Assembly (NCBI GenBank): GCA_018001225.1
Contig: JAGNIJ010000006.1
Coordinates: 29,188 to 93,187, forward strand
DNA length: 64,000 nt
DNA from: Kiritimatiellia bacterium
Lineage (GTDB): Bacteria > Verrucomicrobiota > Kiritimatiellia > CAIQIC01 > JAGNIJ01
Direction: 5' to 3'
Under the pieces are notes generated by a model. That model had not been told where the DNA came from and did not search any database. It saw only the letters and a program-made list of their open reading frames with translations. The translations under genes and the position numbers were made by a program. Shown one piece after another: positions 26,912 to 37,382 of the stretch (positions within the stretch are counted from its first letter, which is position 1; every line of letters begins with the position of its first letter).

Positions 26912-27754
26912 TCAGCGCACGAGCATCACGGGCAGGCGCGACAGGGTGACCAGCGTGGTCGTGGTGCTGCCGAGGATCATCTCGCGCACGCGGCTGTGCC
27001 CGTAGGCGCCGACGACGATCAGGTCGCACTGCTCCTGCTGCGCGCATTCGAGGATGGTCGCGGCCGAGCGGCCGTGGCCGATCTGCGCCCGCGCGCGGGC
27101 CCCGTGCGCCCCGACCAGCGCCATGGCGTCCTTCGAGACCGCCGCCGCCTTCTCCTTGTCGCCGGATTCGGCGACCGTGAGCACGACGATCTCCAGGTCG
27201 AGCGCGACGGCCAGCTCGGCGGCCTCGCGGAGGGCCTGGCTGGCGTGGAGGCTGCCGTCGTAGGCGGCGAGGATCCGCGTGAACGGCTTGAAGCGGTCGG
27301 GGACGACGAGGCACGGCTTGATGGAATGGCGGATCACCCGCTCGACGGTGGATCCCATCAGGTCGCCCATCCAGTCCGCGTGCTCCCCGCGCTGGCCCAT
27401 GACCACCAGTTCCGCGCGGGTTTCCTCCTCGAGGATGACGCGCGCCGGGTGGCCCATCTTGAGCCAGCTCTCCGCCTGGAGGCCGGCCTTTGTGCAGCGG
27501 TCGTCGAAGGCCCGCACGACGGCCTGGCCCTTCTGCTCCATGAGGGTGCGGAACTGCTGCAACTGCGCCCCGTAAGGTTGGGCTCCGACCCAGCCCGAAA
27601 GGTCGGCCATCAGCGGGCCCTCCAGCATGCGCGAGTCGAGGACGTGCAGGCCCAGCAGCCGCGCCTGCAGCTTGGAGGTGAGATGAAGAGCCAGGTCGCA
27701 GGCCGCGTCGCTGTGCGGGGACCCGTCCAGGCACACCAGGATGCTCTTGATCAT
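26912..27754 (-). CDS. Tandem-domain universal stress protein (UspA family)
   Basis: Two UspA-like halves, each ending in the G-x2-G-x9-G(S/T) ATP-binding-type motif (LGSTVERVIRHSIKPCLVV; LGSTTTTLVTLSRLPVMLV). Confidence 0.7.
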   Translation of the reverse strand: MIKSILVCLDGSPHSDAACDLALHLTSKLQARLLGLHVLDSRMLEGPLMADLSGWVGAQPYGAQLQQFRTLMEQKGQAVVRAFDDRCTKAGLQAESWLKMGHPARVILEEETRAELVVMGQRGEHADWMGDLMGSTVERVIRHSIKPCLVVPDRFKPFTRILAAYDGSLHASQALREAAELAVALDLEIVVLTVAESGDKEKAAAVSKDAMALVGAHGARARAQIGHGRSAATILECAQQEQCDLIVVGAYGHSRVREMILGSTTTTLVTLSRLPVMLVR

Positions 27755-27931
27755 GGCTTTCTCCTTTGTATGGGTAACGCTTCCTCTATCCCATCCTGCC
27801 CGATCCCCGGCCTCGTGTCGAGCGAAGAGGGCCGATCATATTTCATAAAAGGTGATCGTTTTTTTAACCGGGCGGCGCGGCGCCCGCCCGGCGAAGGCGA
27901 TTCTTGCTACCGGCCGCCGGGGATTGATAGG

Positions 27932-30295
27932 ATGCCCGGTATGGCGGCCTTGAAAGATTTCCGGCGTACCGGCTGGCGGGATGCGGCGGGGATTCTCCTG
28001 CTGGCCCTGGCGGTGCTCCTGGTGTTGAGCCTGGGATCCTACCGGGCGGAGGATATCTCCGTCATCCAGGAACCCCCGAACGACCCGACCATGAACTTCG
28101 TCGGGCCGGTCGGGGCGTGGCTCGCGTTCCTGCTGTTCATGGGCCTCGGCCTGGGGGCCTGGCTGGCGCCGCTCGTCCTGGCCGGGGCGGGCCTGTACCT
28201 GCTGTTCCAGCGCGAAGGCCGGTTCTGGCCCAAGGCCGTGTGGATGCTGGGCGGCCTGCTGGCCGCCGCCACCCTGCTCGATCTGCACGCGGGAGGCGCC
28301 CGGGAGTGGCTCCACCGCGTCAATGCCGCGAGTCCCGGCGGCCTGCTGGGCTGCGGGCTCGGTGAGGGATTCCTGGTGCGTCTGCTGGGCCGCCCCGGCA
28401 CCACGGTGGTCGCCGCGGCCGTACTCCTGGCCGCCGTGATCTTCGTGGCCGAGACCCATCCGCTGCATGTGCTGCGCAAGCTGGGCTCTTGGTTCGGCGT
28501 CCTGGCCGCCGCGCTGACCGCCCGGATGGCCCGGCGCCGGGAGGGGCGCGAGGCCGCCGCCGCGGAGCAGAAGGAAATCGACCGCCGCCGCCAGCGTCTC
28601 GAGGAGGCCATGCGGGAGGCGGCCGCGCGGCGCACGGAATCCGCGCGTCCCGCCGCGCCCGCCAGGACTCCCCCGGCGGAGCCGCCCCCGCCGCCGCGCA
28701 AGCCGGAGCGCGAGCCGCCCGCCGAGCCGCCGCGCCCACCCCGTCCGCCGCGTCCGCCCAAGCCCGCGCCGCCTCCGGCGCCCGCCCCGCTGGCGCCGGT
28801 CGGCAACCTGCCGCTGCCCGGCCTCGACCTGCTCGATCCCATCCCGCCGGATTCCGAGCGCGAGATCAAGGGCGACTACCGCGCGGGCGCCGAGATCCTC
28901 AAGGAAACCATGTCGGAATTCGGCGTGGAGGTGGACGTCACCCACGTGGAGAGCGGGCCGGTGGTGACGCGCTATGAATTGCTGCCGGCGCCCGGCGTGC
29001 GGGTCGAGCGTATCGTCGCCTTGAGCAACAACATCGCCCTGGCCATGAAGGCCGAGAGCGTGCGCGTCCAGGCCCCGATCCCCGGCAAGGGCGTGGTCGG
29101 CATCGAGGTGCCCAATTCCAAGACCACGATGGTCTGCCTCCGCGAGATCCTCGAAAGCCCCGCCTGGAAAAACTCCCCGGCCGCGCTGCCGCTCGCGCTC
29201 GGCAAGGACGTCGGCGGGCGCGATCTCGTGGCCGACCTGGGCGAGATGCCGCACATGCTGATCGCCGGCGCGACCGGCTCCGGCAAGACCGTCTGCATGA
29301 ACTCCATCCTCGCGGGCCTGCTGATGACCCGCACGCCGGACCAGATGCGCCTGATGCTGATCGACCCGAAGATCGTCGAATTCTCCGTCTACAACCACCT
29401 GCCGCACCTCGTCGTGCCCGTGATCACGGATTCCAAGAAGGTCGGCATCGGGCTGCGCTGGGCGATCAACGAGATGGAGAAGCGCTACAAGCTTTTCGCC
29501 AAGGTCGGCGTCCGCAACATCCAGTCCTTCAACCGGCGGCCGCTGATGAAGCAGGCGGAACTGTTCCCGGAGGGCGGGGCCGAGGCGCCGCCGCCCGAGG
29601 AGCAGATCCCCGACCGCCTGCCGTACATCGTGATCATCGTGGACGAACTGGCCGACCTGATGCTCGTGGCCCAGGCGGAGATCGAGCTGTCCATCACCCG
29701 GCTGGCCCAGCTCTCCCGCGCCGTGGGCATCCACATGATCCTCGCGACGCAGCGCCCGTCCGTGAACGTGATCACCGGGACGATCAAGGCCAACTTCCCG
29801 GCGCGCATCAGCTTCCAGGTGGCCCAGAAGGTGGACAGCCGCACCATCCTCGACGCCAACGGCGCGGACAAGCTGCTCGGCAAGGGCGACATGCTCTTCC
29901 TGCCGCCCGGCACCAGCAAGCTCGTTCGGGCCCAGGGCACCCTGACCACCGACGCCGAGATCCGGCGGCTGACGGAATACTGGAAGAAGCAGGGCGCCCC
30001 CAGCTACGAGGCCGCCGTCAAGGACAAGATCGAGGGCAAGACCGCCGACCTGCCGGAGATGGAAGAGGACGACGAACTGCTCGACCAGGCCATCGAGGTC
30101 ATCCGCCAGACGCGCCGCGCGTCCACCTCCTCGCTGCAGCGGCGCCTGCGCATCGGGTACACGCGCGCGGCCCGCTTGATCGACCTGCTCGAGGAGCGCG
30201 GCGTGGTCGGCCCGCCCTCCGGCTCCGACCCGCGGGAGATCCTGATCGACCTGGACGGCGAAATCCCGCAGAATGAGCCCGACGAAGAGAGCTGA
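27932..30295 (+). CDS. ftsK: DNA translocase FtsK/SpoIIIE
   Basis: N-terminal 4-TM domain, Pro/Ala-rich linker, motor domain with Walker A GATGSGKT, and a C-terminal gamma winged-helix (SSLQRRLRIGYTRAARLIDLLE). The upstream part of the ORF-track frame is rejected. Confidence 0.85.
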   Translation: MPGMAALKDFRRTGWRDAAGILLLALAVLLVLSLGSYRAEDISVIQEPPNDPTMNFVGPVGAWLAFLLFMGLGLGAWLAPLVLAGAGLYLLFQREGRFWPKAVWMLGGLLAAATLLDLHAGGAREWLHRVNAASPGGLLGCGLGEGFLVRLLGRPGTTVVAAAVLLAAVIFVAETHPLHVLRKLGSWFGVLAAALTARMARRREGREAAAAEQKEIDRRRQRLEEAMREAAARRTESARPAAPARTPPAEPPPPPRKPEREPPAEPPRPPRPPRPPKPAPPPAPAPLAPVGNLPLPGLDLLDPIPPDSEREIKGDYRAGAEILKETMSEFGVEVDVTHVESGPVVTRYELLPAPGVRVERIVALSNNIALAMKAESVRVQAPIPGKGVVGIEVPNSKTTMVCLREILESPAWKNSPAALPLALGKDVGGRDLVADLGEMPHMLIAGATGSGKTVCMNSILAGLLMTRTPDQMRLMLIDPKIVEFSVYNHLPHLVVPVITDSKKVGIGLRWAINEMEKRYKLFAKVGVRNIQSFNRRPLMKQAELFPEGGAEAPPPEEQIPDRLPYIVIIVDELADLMLVAQAEIELSITRLAQLSRAVGIHMILATQRPSVNVITGTIKANFPARISFQVAQKVDSRTILDANGADKLLGKGDMLFLPPGTSKLVRAQGTLTTDAEIRRLTEYWKKQGAPSYEAAVKDKIEGKTADLPEMEEDDELLDQAIEVIRQTRRASTSSLQRRLRIGYTRAARLIDLLEERGVVGPPSGSDPREILIDLDGEIPQNEPDEES

Positions 30296-30300
30296 CGCCC

Positions 30301-30885
30301 ATGCTGGACATCGGACAGACCCTGCGCGAGGCCCGGGAGAGGAAGAAAGTGACGTGCTCCCAGGCCGCGTCCGCGACGCGGATGAAGGTCCAGCACGTTG
30401 AGGCCCTCGAGCGCAATGACTTCAAGCCCATGGCCGCGCCGACGTACGCCAAGGGGTTCATCCGCCTGTACGCGGGCTACCTGGGCCTGGACCCCGGGCC
30501 CCTGATCCGGGCCTACACGGAGCAGCATGCGGCCAAGGAGCCGCCCTCGCTCGTGGCGGAGGACCGCAACTATTCGCGCCCTTCGCTGGCGGACCTCGCG
30601 AGCCGCCAGGCGCGGCGCCTCTGGGCCGCGTGCCGCCCGAAGCTGGTGGCGTGGAAGAGACCGCTGTGGATCGCCGGCCTGCTCGTTCTCGTGTTCATCG
30701 CGTGGCGGCTGTGGCGGGGCCGGGAGAAGGCGATGCCCGCGCCGCCCGAGGCGGTCGAGACCCGGGCCGCGGAGCCCGCGAGCCCGCGCCCGCCCCTGCC
30801 GCTGCTCCGGGAACCCCCGGACGCCTACCTGGATGACGTGAAACCCGCGGCGGAGCGGACGCCGCCTCCCGGACCGGCCCGATGA
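30301..30885 (+). CDS. RodZ-like cytoskeleton protein (XRE-type HTH + TM)
   Basis: N-terminal HTH (IGQTLREARERKKVTCSQAASATRMKVQHVEALE), a single TM (LWIAGLLVLVFIAWRLW), and a Pro-rich tail. Confidence 0.5.
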   Translation: MLDIGQTLREARERKKVTCSQAASATRMKVQHVEALERNDFKPMAAPTYAKGFIRLYAGYLGLDPGPLIRAYTEQHAAKEPPSLVAEDRNYSRPSLADLASRQARRLWAACRPKLVAWKRPLWIAGLLVLVFIAWRLWRGREKAMPAPPEAVETRAAEPASPRPPLPLLREPPDAYLDDVKPAAERTPPPGPAR

Positions 30886-31466
30886 ATCTGCCGAACATGC
30901 TGACCTTGAGCCGCCTCCTGCTGGCCGCCGTGATGATGGCCTTTCTGTCGCTGGAGTTTCCCTTCGCGCGGACCGCGGCGCTGCTCGTCTTCAGTGCCGC
31001 GGCGATCACGGACTATTTCGACGGCTACCTGGCCCGGCGCCACTACGGCATCACGGCGTTCGGGCAGCTGATGGACCCGCTCACGGACAAGGTGCTGGTC
31101 TGCGCCGCGTTTGTCAGCTTCGTCGGGATGCAACTGGTGCCCGCGTGGATCGCGGTGGTGATCATCGGCCGCGAATTCCTGGTCACGGGGCTTCGCCTGC
31201 TGGCCGCGCATCGCGGCCACGTGGTCTCCGCGGGGCGGTGGGGCAAGCACAAGACCGTTTGGCAGATCACGGCCATCGTGCTGGTGCTGATGGGCCTGGC
31301 GCTGCGCCACGATTTCCTGGGCCGGGCCTCGCCCGCGGCGCTGGAGTCCTTCGACCTGTGGTTCGGCCGCCTGACCTACGCGATCTCGCTGGCCGTCGCG
31401 GGAATCACGCTGGTCTCCGGCGGGCTGTATTTCCGGGAGCACCGGGACGTGATCGACGCCCGCTAA
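30882..31466 (+). CDS. pgsA: CDP-diacylglycerol--glycerol-3-phosphate 3-phosphatidyltransferase
   Basis: CDP-alcohol phosphatidyltransferase motif D-x2-DG-x2-AR...G-x3-D-x3-D (ITDYFDGYLARR...GQLMDPLTDK). Confidence 0.8.
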   Translation: MNLPNMLTLSRLLLAAVMMAFLSLEFPFARTAALLVFSAAAITDYFDGYLARRHYGITAFGQLMDPLTDKVLVCAAFVSFVGMQLVPAWIAVVIIGREFLVTGLRLLAAHRGHVVSAGRWGKHKTVWQITAIVLVLMGLALRHDFLGRASPAALESFDLWFGRLTYAISLAVAGITLVSGGLYFREHRDVIDAR

Positions 31467-31591
31467 TACCAGGTACGGGTGAGAGGCGGTACGAACGGCG
31501 TCGCAGAGCTCCGCCCTCCAGTGGCAGGAATCATGGAGGGGCGAGCTCCTGCGAGCCCGAAATCTACCCGCCTCACCCGGATTTGGTATAA
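31465..31591. repeat. MITE-like 127-bp hairpin element, copy 1 (terminal inverted repeats ATACCAGGTACGGGTGAGAGGCGG / CCGCCTCACCCGGATTTGGTAT)
   Basis: About 97% identical to the second copy at 38556-38684. Terminal plus nested internal inverted repeats (CGCAGAGCTCCGCCCTCC...GGAGGGGCGAGCTCCTGCG). Sits in a convergent intergenic gap and abuts the pgsA stop codon. Confidence 0.65.
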
Positions 31592-31611
31592 CTCGTGGCG
31601 GCCTCGCGCCG

Positions 31612-32451
31612 TCAGGCCGGATTCTCCGCCGCCTCCGCCTCGATCTGCTTGCGGATCCGGTCCAGGCAGGCGTCGTAGGCCAGCGCGGTCGTGAGGAAGA
31701 AATGGCAGGAGCGCCCGGTGAGGCGCCGGACCTCGTCGCGCAGCTCGGTGTCGTAGGGGTTGAGCAGGGCCACCAGCGCGTCGGAATTCATCAGCTCGAA
31801 CACCACCGCGGCGCGGCGCGCCATGAAATCCGCGGGCAGCAGGCTGTAGGCCTCCTTCGGCAGGTCGAACTGCCCGAGCGGGATGATCGGCAGCCCGCTG
31901 TTGATGGACATGAACTGCAGGATCTTGTCGATCTGCTTGAACCCCCGGTCGTAGAGGACGTGCTGGACCGTGACGGGCACGACCACCGTGCGCATGGAAT
32001 TCTCGCTTAAGTCGTGCGCGATGGAGGCGTAGTCCTCCTGGGAGAGCTCCCCGGCCTGCGCCAGGTTCCAGGCCAGCGCGAGCTCGGGGGCGATATCCAC
32101 GCCGCGGCGGCGGACGGGTTCGGCGGCGGCGGCCGCGGGCTCCACGGGCGAGGTCAGGCGGGTGAGCCGCTCCGCCAGGGCCGCCGCGGGGGGCTGGCCC
32201 GCGCCCAGCTCGTGGAGCTTCTCGATGATCCGGGGCGCGGCCTCGGCGTCCGATTCGTCCGCCACGACGCGCGCCAGGCGGACCAGGTACTCGAGGGCCT
32301 TGGGGCGGTCGCCGATCTCCTCGTAGGCGTCGAACAGGGTCTCGAGCGCCAGCCGGTCGTCCGGCAGGGCTTCGAGGATCTGCTCGAAGGCGGCGATGGC
32401 CTCCCGTACGTGGGGGGCATCTCCCGAGGCGTCCTGTGGGTTCTTGTCCAT
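31612..32451 (-). CDS. Stand-alone GspE-N-terminal-like (T2SSE_N / MshEN-like) domain protein
   Basis: C-terminal half matches the T2SSE_N fold pattern (LLPADFMARRAAVVFELMNSDALVALLNPYDTELRDEVRRLTGRSCHFFLTTALAYDACLD). No ATPase domain. Divergently adjacent to a PilB/GspE-like ATPase. Start taken at MDKNPQ (alternative at 32499). Confidence 0.5.
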   Translation of the reverse strand: MDKNPQDASGDAPHVREAIAAFEQILEALPDDRLALETLFDAYEEIGDRPKALEYLVRLARVVADESDAEAAPRIIEKLHELGAGQPPAAALAERLTRLTSPVEPAAAAAEPVRRRGVDIAPELALAWNLAQAGELSQEDYASIAHDLSENSMRTVVVPVTVQHVLYDRGFKQIDKILQFMSINSGLPIIPLGQFDLPKEAYSLLPADFMARRAAVVFELMNSDALVALLNPYDTELRDEVRRLTGRSCHFFLTTALAYDACLDRIRKQIEAEAAENPA

Positions 32452-32585
32452 CCGGCTTTCCTGTTGGGCCTTTGTCCTATATAATACACAAGATGCCATT
32501 TGTCATCCAGCGCCTGCGGCCGGGCGGGCCGGCGGCGGTTGGCATTGCAGTTGCTTGAAGGACAGGGAACGGGAAGGAAAGCGCC

Positions 32586-34298
32586 ATGGAAGCGGGTTCG
32601 TTGGGCGAACGGGTACTGGATATTCTGTTGCAGCGCCGGGACATTCCCGAGGAACCGCTGCGCGAAGTGCGGCAGGAGGCCAGCACCTCCGGCCGGCGGC
32701 TGGAGAAGCTGCTGGTCGAGAAAAACCTGGTCTCCGCCCTCGACATGACCCTTGCCCTGGCCGAGCATCTGAAAATTCCGCCGATCACGCTGACCCATTT
32801 CACGCCCAATCCCGACCTGCTCCAGATCCTGCCGATGGAACTGCTGGCGGCGCACGCCATGCTCCCGCTGGACCGCACGGGCTCCATGCTCACGCTGGCC
32901 GTGGCCGATCCCTTCGACGTGGTCGGCCTCGAGGAGGTCCATACCCATACCCACCTGGAGATCGTGCCCGTCGTGGCCGCCGAGAAGGAGGTCACCGACC
33001 TGCTCCAGCGGTTCACGAAGGCGCCGGGCCAGGGGCTCGAGGAAATCATCCGGGACGTGAGTGAAGGCGAGGTCGAGGTCGGCCGCGAGGAGAAGGAGGA
33101 GATCAGCCTCGAGGAGATGCTGGAGAGCGCCGGCGACGCGCCGGTCATCCGGATCGTCAACTCGATCATGATCGAGGCGATCCGCAAGCACGCCAGCGAT
33201 ATCCACGTGGAGCCGATGGAAAAAAGCATCCGGCTGCGCTACCGCATCGACGGCTCCCTGTACGAAACGCCGAGCCCGCCGAAGTCGCTGCAGTCCGCGA
33301 TCATCTCGCGCGTGAAGATCATGGCCAACCTCAACATCGCCGAGCGCCGCATCCCGCAGGACGGCCGCTTCCGCATTCGCGCTGTCGGCAAGGAGGCCGA
33401 CGTGCGCGTCAGCATCCTGCCCACCGTGCACGGCGAGAAGATCGTCATGCGCATCCTCGACCGCGCCGCGCTGGCGCCCAACCTGGCGTCGTTGGGGCTG
33501 GACAAGAAGGCCTACGAGGATCTGCGGTATTCCATCGGCCAGCCGCACGGCATGATCCTGGTCACCGGGCCGACGGGCAGCGGCAAGACCACCACCCTCT
33601 ATTCCGCCCTGCAGGAGCTGAACACCCTCGACGTCAATATCATCACGATCGAGGACCCGGTGGAGTACCAGTTGCAGGGCATCAACCAGATCCAGGCCCA
33701 CCCGGAGGTCGGCCTGACCTTCGCCACCGGCCTGCGCTCCATCCTGCGGCAGGACCCCGACATCGTGATGGTCGGCGAAATACGCGACCAGGAAACGGCC
33801 GCCATCGCCGTCCAGGCCGCCCTGACCGGCCACCTGCTGTTGAGCACCCTGCACACGAACGACGCCGCCGGCGCCGTGGCCCGGCTCCTCTACATGGGCA
33901 TCGAGGCGTTCCTGCTGGCCTCGTCGCTGATCATGACCCAGGCGCAGCGGCTGTACCGCAAGCTCTGCCCGGCCTGCAAGAAGGAGCGCCGGATGCCCCT
34001 CGAAATTCTGCGGCTGAACCATATCGACCCGGAACGGTTCGCCGACGTCAAGATGTACGAGGCCGTCGGCTGCCCGAAATGCTTCAACACGGGCTACCGG
34101 GGCCGGGCGGCGCTGATGGAGGTTCTGCTCCTGGATGACCCGGTGCGCGCCCTGATCCTCGAGGAAGCCAGCGCGGGCGCGATCCGGGAGCAGGCCGTCA
34201 AGGGTGGCATGCTCACCCTCCGCGAGGCGGGATTGCAGCGCGTCCGCGAGGGGATCACCAGCATCGAGGAAGCGCTGCTCGTCACCAGCGGAGACTAG
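32586..34298 (+). CDS. PilB/GspE-family secretion ATPase (second copy)
   Basis: T2SSE_N domain, Walker A GPTGSGKTTT, and the tetra-Cys motif CPAC...CPKC. Paralogous to gspE at 7977. Confidence 0.8.
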   Translation: MEAGSLGERVLDILLQRRDIPEEPLREVRQEASTSGRRLEKLLVEKNLVSALDMTLALAEHLKIPPITLTHFTPNPDLLQILPMELLAAHAMLPLDRTGSMLTLAVADPFDVVGLEEVHTHTHLEIVPVVAAEKEVTDLLQRFTKAPGQGLEEIIRDVSEGEVEVGREEKEEISLEEMLESAGDAPVIRIVNSIMIEAIRKHASDIHVEPMEKSIRLRYRIDGSLYETPSPPKSLQSAIISRVKIMANLNIAERRIPQDGRFRIRAVGKEADVRVSILPTVHGEKIVMRILDRAALAPNLASLGLDKKAYEDLRYSIGQPHGMILVTGPTGSGKTTTLYSALQELNTLDVNIITIEDPVEYQLQGINQIQAHPEVGLTFATGLRSILRQDPDIVMVGEIRDQETAAIAVQAALTGHLLLSTLHTNDAAGAVARLLYMGIEAFLLASSLIMTQAQRLYRKLCPACKKERRMPLEILRLNHIDPERFADVKMYEAVGCPKCFNTGYRGRAALMEVLLLDDPVRALILEEASAGAIREQAVKGGMLTLREAGLQRVREGITSIEEALLVTSGD

Positions 34299-34327
34299 GG
34301 AAGGCGACGGCGCGAGGAGAAATCACG

Positions 34328-35458
34328 ATGGCCATCAGCACAACGCCGGGAAGCCGGTCCCGTTCCGCCGCGACCGCCGCCTCGGCCCCGATCCGGAAGC
34401 GCCGGATCCCCGGCGCGCAGAAGATCAAGGCCAAGGAACTGCCGGCCTTCACCCGCCAGATGGGCGCCATGCTGTCGGCCGGTCTGCCGGTGGTCCAGAC
34501 CCTGGAGGCGCTGGAGGAGCAGAACACCAACAAGGTCTTCAAGCACGTCATCAGCGGCGTCAAGTCGCGCATCGAGGGCGGGGCGTCTTTTTCCGAGGCG
34601 CTGGCCCAGTACCCGGACATCTTCGACGAGCTCTACATCAGCATGCTGCGGGCCGGGGAGAGCGGGGGCATGCTGGCGGAAACCACCGCCCGCATCGCGA
34701 CCTTTCTCGAGGGCTGGGTGCGGCTGAAGCGCAAGGTCAAGTCGGCCATGATGTACCCCGTCATCGTGATGGTGGTCGCCCTGCTTATCACGTCGTCCCT
34801 GATCATCTGGATCGTGCCCATCTTCGCGAGCATCTATGCCGACTTCGGGGCGGATCTTCCCGGCCCCACCCAGTGGCTCATGAACGTCAGCACCGCCATG
34901 CGCAAGAACGCGGTTTTTGTCGTGGCGGGGATCGTCGTGACGGCGATCGCCCTGGGCCAGTTCAAGAAAACCGAGAAGGGGGCGTTCATGTGGGACGGGA
35001 TCAAGCTCCGGCTCCCGGTTGTCGGCGAACTGGTGCGCAAGATATCCCTCGCCCGATTCTCCTCCACCTTCGCCCAACTGACGCGCAGCGGGGTGCCGAT
35101 CCTGCAAACCATGGAGATCGTCGCCTACGCGACGGGGAACAAGGTGCTGGGCAAGATCGTCCTTGACGCGCGGACCAACGTCGAGCGGGGCGAGCCCCTC
35201 TCCGCGGCCCTCAACAAGAGCAGGGCCTATCCCCGCCTGCTGATCCACATGCTCACGGCGGGCGAAAAAACAGGCCGCGTGGACGAGATGCTCGCCAAGA
35301 TCGCCGACTTCTATAACGACGAAGTGGAGACCACGCTCGCGGGCCTGACCTCCCTCATTGAGCCCCTGCTGATCGTGTTCCTGGGCGTGATCATCGGCGG
35401 CGTCGTGGTCTGCATGTTCATGCCCATCTTCAAGATGCATGAGATCGTAGGCTTCTGA
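34328..35458 (+). CDS. PilC/GspF-family platform protein (second copy)
   Basis: Two PilC/GspF repeats and 3 TM. Paralogous to gspF at 9736. Confidence 0.75.
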   Translation: MAISTTPGSRSRSAATAASAPIRKRRIPGAQKIKAKELPAFTRQMGAMLSAGLPVVQTLEALEEQNTNKVFKHVISGVKSRIEGGASFSEALAQYPDIFDELYISMLRAGESGGMLAETTARIATFLEGWVRLKRKVKSAMMYPVIVMVVALLITSSLIIWIVPIFASIYADFGADLPGPTQWLMNVSTAMRKNAVFVVAGIVVTAIALGQFKKTEKGAFMWDGIKLRLPVVGELVRKISLARFSSTFAQLTRSGVPILQTMEIVAYATGNKVLGKIVLDARTNVERGEPLSAALNKSRAYPRLLIHMLTAGEKTGRVDEMLAKIADFYNDEVETTLAGLTSLIEPLLIVFLGVIIGGVVVCMFMPIFKMHEIVGF

Positions 35459-35668
35459 AGCCCGCTCTGAATCCGGCGGCAGGGCAGAATCGAGATGCGT
35501 TGCGTGATCCACGCGCATGCTCCAACACCCCTTTGGATAATCGCCGCCGGACCACTCCCTTTGCATGAAAAATGCATCCATTTTTTACAAAATGAGAACA
35601 TTTTTCTTAACATTGAGTGGATAAACCTGTACTCTTACCCCGGTGGTCGGGTTGTCTTGGAGATTATT

Positions 35669-37048
35669 ATGGCGCGAATACTCTTGGTGGATGACGAGGC
35701 CAGTATCCTTAGCGTGTTAAGCACCTTGCTCAAGGCCGAGGGGCACGAGGTGCTGCCGGTCATGGGCGGCGAGAAGGCGCAGGACCTCATCCGCAACGAG
35801 CAGTTCGACCTCATGATCTCGGACATCCGGATGAGCCCCGTAGACGGCATGCAGCTTCTCCAGCAGATCCGCAAGGAAAAGCCCCAGACGGCGGTAATCA
35901 TGATCACGGCGTACGGGTCAGTGGAGACTGCCGTCGAAAGCATGAAGCAGGGCGCCTTTGACTACGTGACCAAACCCTTCAAGGTGGACGAGCTCCTGCT
36001 GACCGTCCAGCGGGCGCTGGAGTACGGGGCGGCGATGGCGGAGAACGTTGAACTCAAGGCCCAGATCGAATCGCGTTACCATTTCGAGAACATCATTGCC
36101 GAGAGCGCGGCCATGCGCCGGGTCTGCGAAATGATCGAGCGGGTGGCCCCGACGGATACCACCGTGCTGATCCTGGGGGAGAGCGGGACGGGCAAGGAAC
36201 TGGTGGCCAAGGCCATTCATGCCCACAGCCGCCGGAAGAACAAGCGGTTCCTGCCCATCAACTGCGCGGCCATGCCCGAGCCGCTCCTGGAGTCAGAGAT
36301 GTTCGGGCACGTCAAGGGCGCCTTCACGGGAGCCACCGTCAACAAGGATGGCTTGTTCGAGGCCGCCAACGGCGGGACGATCTTCCTGGACGAGATCGGG
36401 GCCATGCCGCCCAGCATCCAGGGCAAGCTCCTGCGAGTGCTCCAGGACAAGCAGATTCGGCGGGTGGGGGGGACCGACTCGGTGGCCGTGGATGTCCGTG
36501 TCCTGGCCGCCACAAACGACCGGCTGGAAAATCTGATCGAGCAGGGCAAGTTCCGGGAAGACCTGTATTATCGTTTGAGCGTTATCCCTATAGAAATCAA
36601 GCCGCTGCGGGAGCGTATCGAGGATGTCCTTCCCTTGTGCTATCACTTTCTCCGCCAGGAGGCGGGCCCCAACCGCGAGCCTTTGCCCGTGGATCCGGAT
36701 GCCCAGTTGGTCATGGAGCAGTACTCCTGGCCGGGTAACGTGCGGGAACTGGAAAACGCCGTCCGCCACGCCATGACCTTCGCACAGGAAAAGGGGCGTA
36801 TCACGAGGGATGTCCTGCCCGCGAAGATTGTCGCGGCAGTCGACAGCGGAGCCACGACCGCGGCGGCGATAGGAATCCGCGCCGAGCAGTTCAAGGGTAA
36901 ATCACTGAAGAGCTTCCTTCGCAGCAAGGAAAAAGAGTACCTTGAGCAGGTGCTAAAGAACGTTGATGGTGATAAAGCCAAGGCCGCCAAGGCGTTAAAG
37001 ATAAGCCTTGCCACTCTCTACCGGAAGCTTCCGGAGCCCAGAGAATAA
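35669..37048 (+). CDS. Sigma-54-dependent response regulator (NtrC/PilR family enhancer-binding protein)
   Basis: REC domain (LLVDDE...D in LMISDIRM), AAA+ sigma-54 activator domain with Walker A GESGTGKE and the GAFTGA motif, and a C-terminal Fis-type HTH. Preceded by a low-GC leader containing the palindrome TGCATGAAAAATGCA. Confidence 0.85.
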   Translation: MARILLVDDEASILSVLSTLLKAEGHEVLPVMGGEKAQDLIRNEQFDLMISDIRMSPVDGMQLLQQIRKEKPQTAVIMITAYGSVETAVESMKQGAFDYVTKPFKVDELLLTVQRALEYGAAMAENVELKAQIESRYHFENIIAESAAMRRVCEMIERVAPTDTTVLILGESGTGKELVAKAIHAHSRRKNKRFLPINCAAMPEPLLESEMFGHVKGAFTGATVNKDGLFEAANGGTIFLDEIGAMPPSIQGKLLRVLQDKQIRRVGGTDSVAVDVRVLAATNDRLENLIEQGKFREDLYYRLSVIPIEIKPLRERIEDVLPLCYHFLRQEAGPNREPLPVDPDAQLVMEQYSWPGNVRELENAVRHAMTFAQEKGRITRDVLPAKIVAAVDSGATTAAAIGIRAEQFKGKSLKSFLRSKEKEYLEQVLKNVDGDKAKAAKALKISLATLYRKLPEPRE

Positions 37049-37300
37049 GGCTTGTTGCAAACGTTTTATAACAAGTAACTTGTCCCTCGCTATACCGCTT
37101 TCGATTATTTTCAAAGTTGTTATGTCATCTTTTATAATTTGATTACACATTGTCGATTGTTAAAATATTGTGTATTATATTGTCTATTAAATAGTTGCGA
37201 AGATGTTATCCGTCGCCGAAGCATTTTTTTATTCCAATGTGCGCATCGGTATCTATTGGTTTTGTATCTTTTTCGGCCCTTTGAATGGCCTTGGCTCGCA

Positions 37301-37316
37301 TGGCATGGTGATTGCT
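37301..37316 (+). promoter_or_regulatory. Sigma-54 (-24/-12) promoter TGGCATGGTGATTGCT upstream of first pilin gene
   Basis: GG-N10-GC spacing with TGGCA and TTGC elements (consensus TGGCACG-N4-TTGCW). About 65 nt upstream of the ATG at 37383, in an AT-rich 300-bp intergenic region. The TTCCAATGT half-motif lies at 37232-37240. Confidence 0.6.
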
Positions 37317-37382
37317 TATTATCAATACGAAGGGCTGGGGTAGCCCATGGCGGATAAGAGAAAACAACTAGAGGAGAATGCA

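Noticed and set aside
26996-27931. 930-nt upstream extension of the ftsK frame; also the extensions of gspF (9476-9735), the sigma-54 regulator (35495-35668), the ferredoxin (63319-63699) and parA (21427-21876)
   Set aside because: The extensions overlap convergent or divergent real genes (uspA, gspE, a response regulator). They lack homology, and canonical family N-termini (MPGMAALKDF, MPRFKYTARS, MARILLVDDE, MKFKVDHD, MAIPIIAVANQKGG) occur at internal ATGs.
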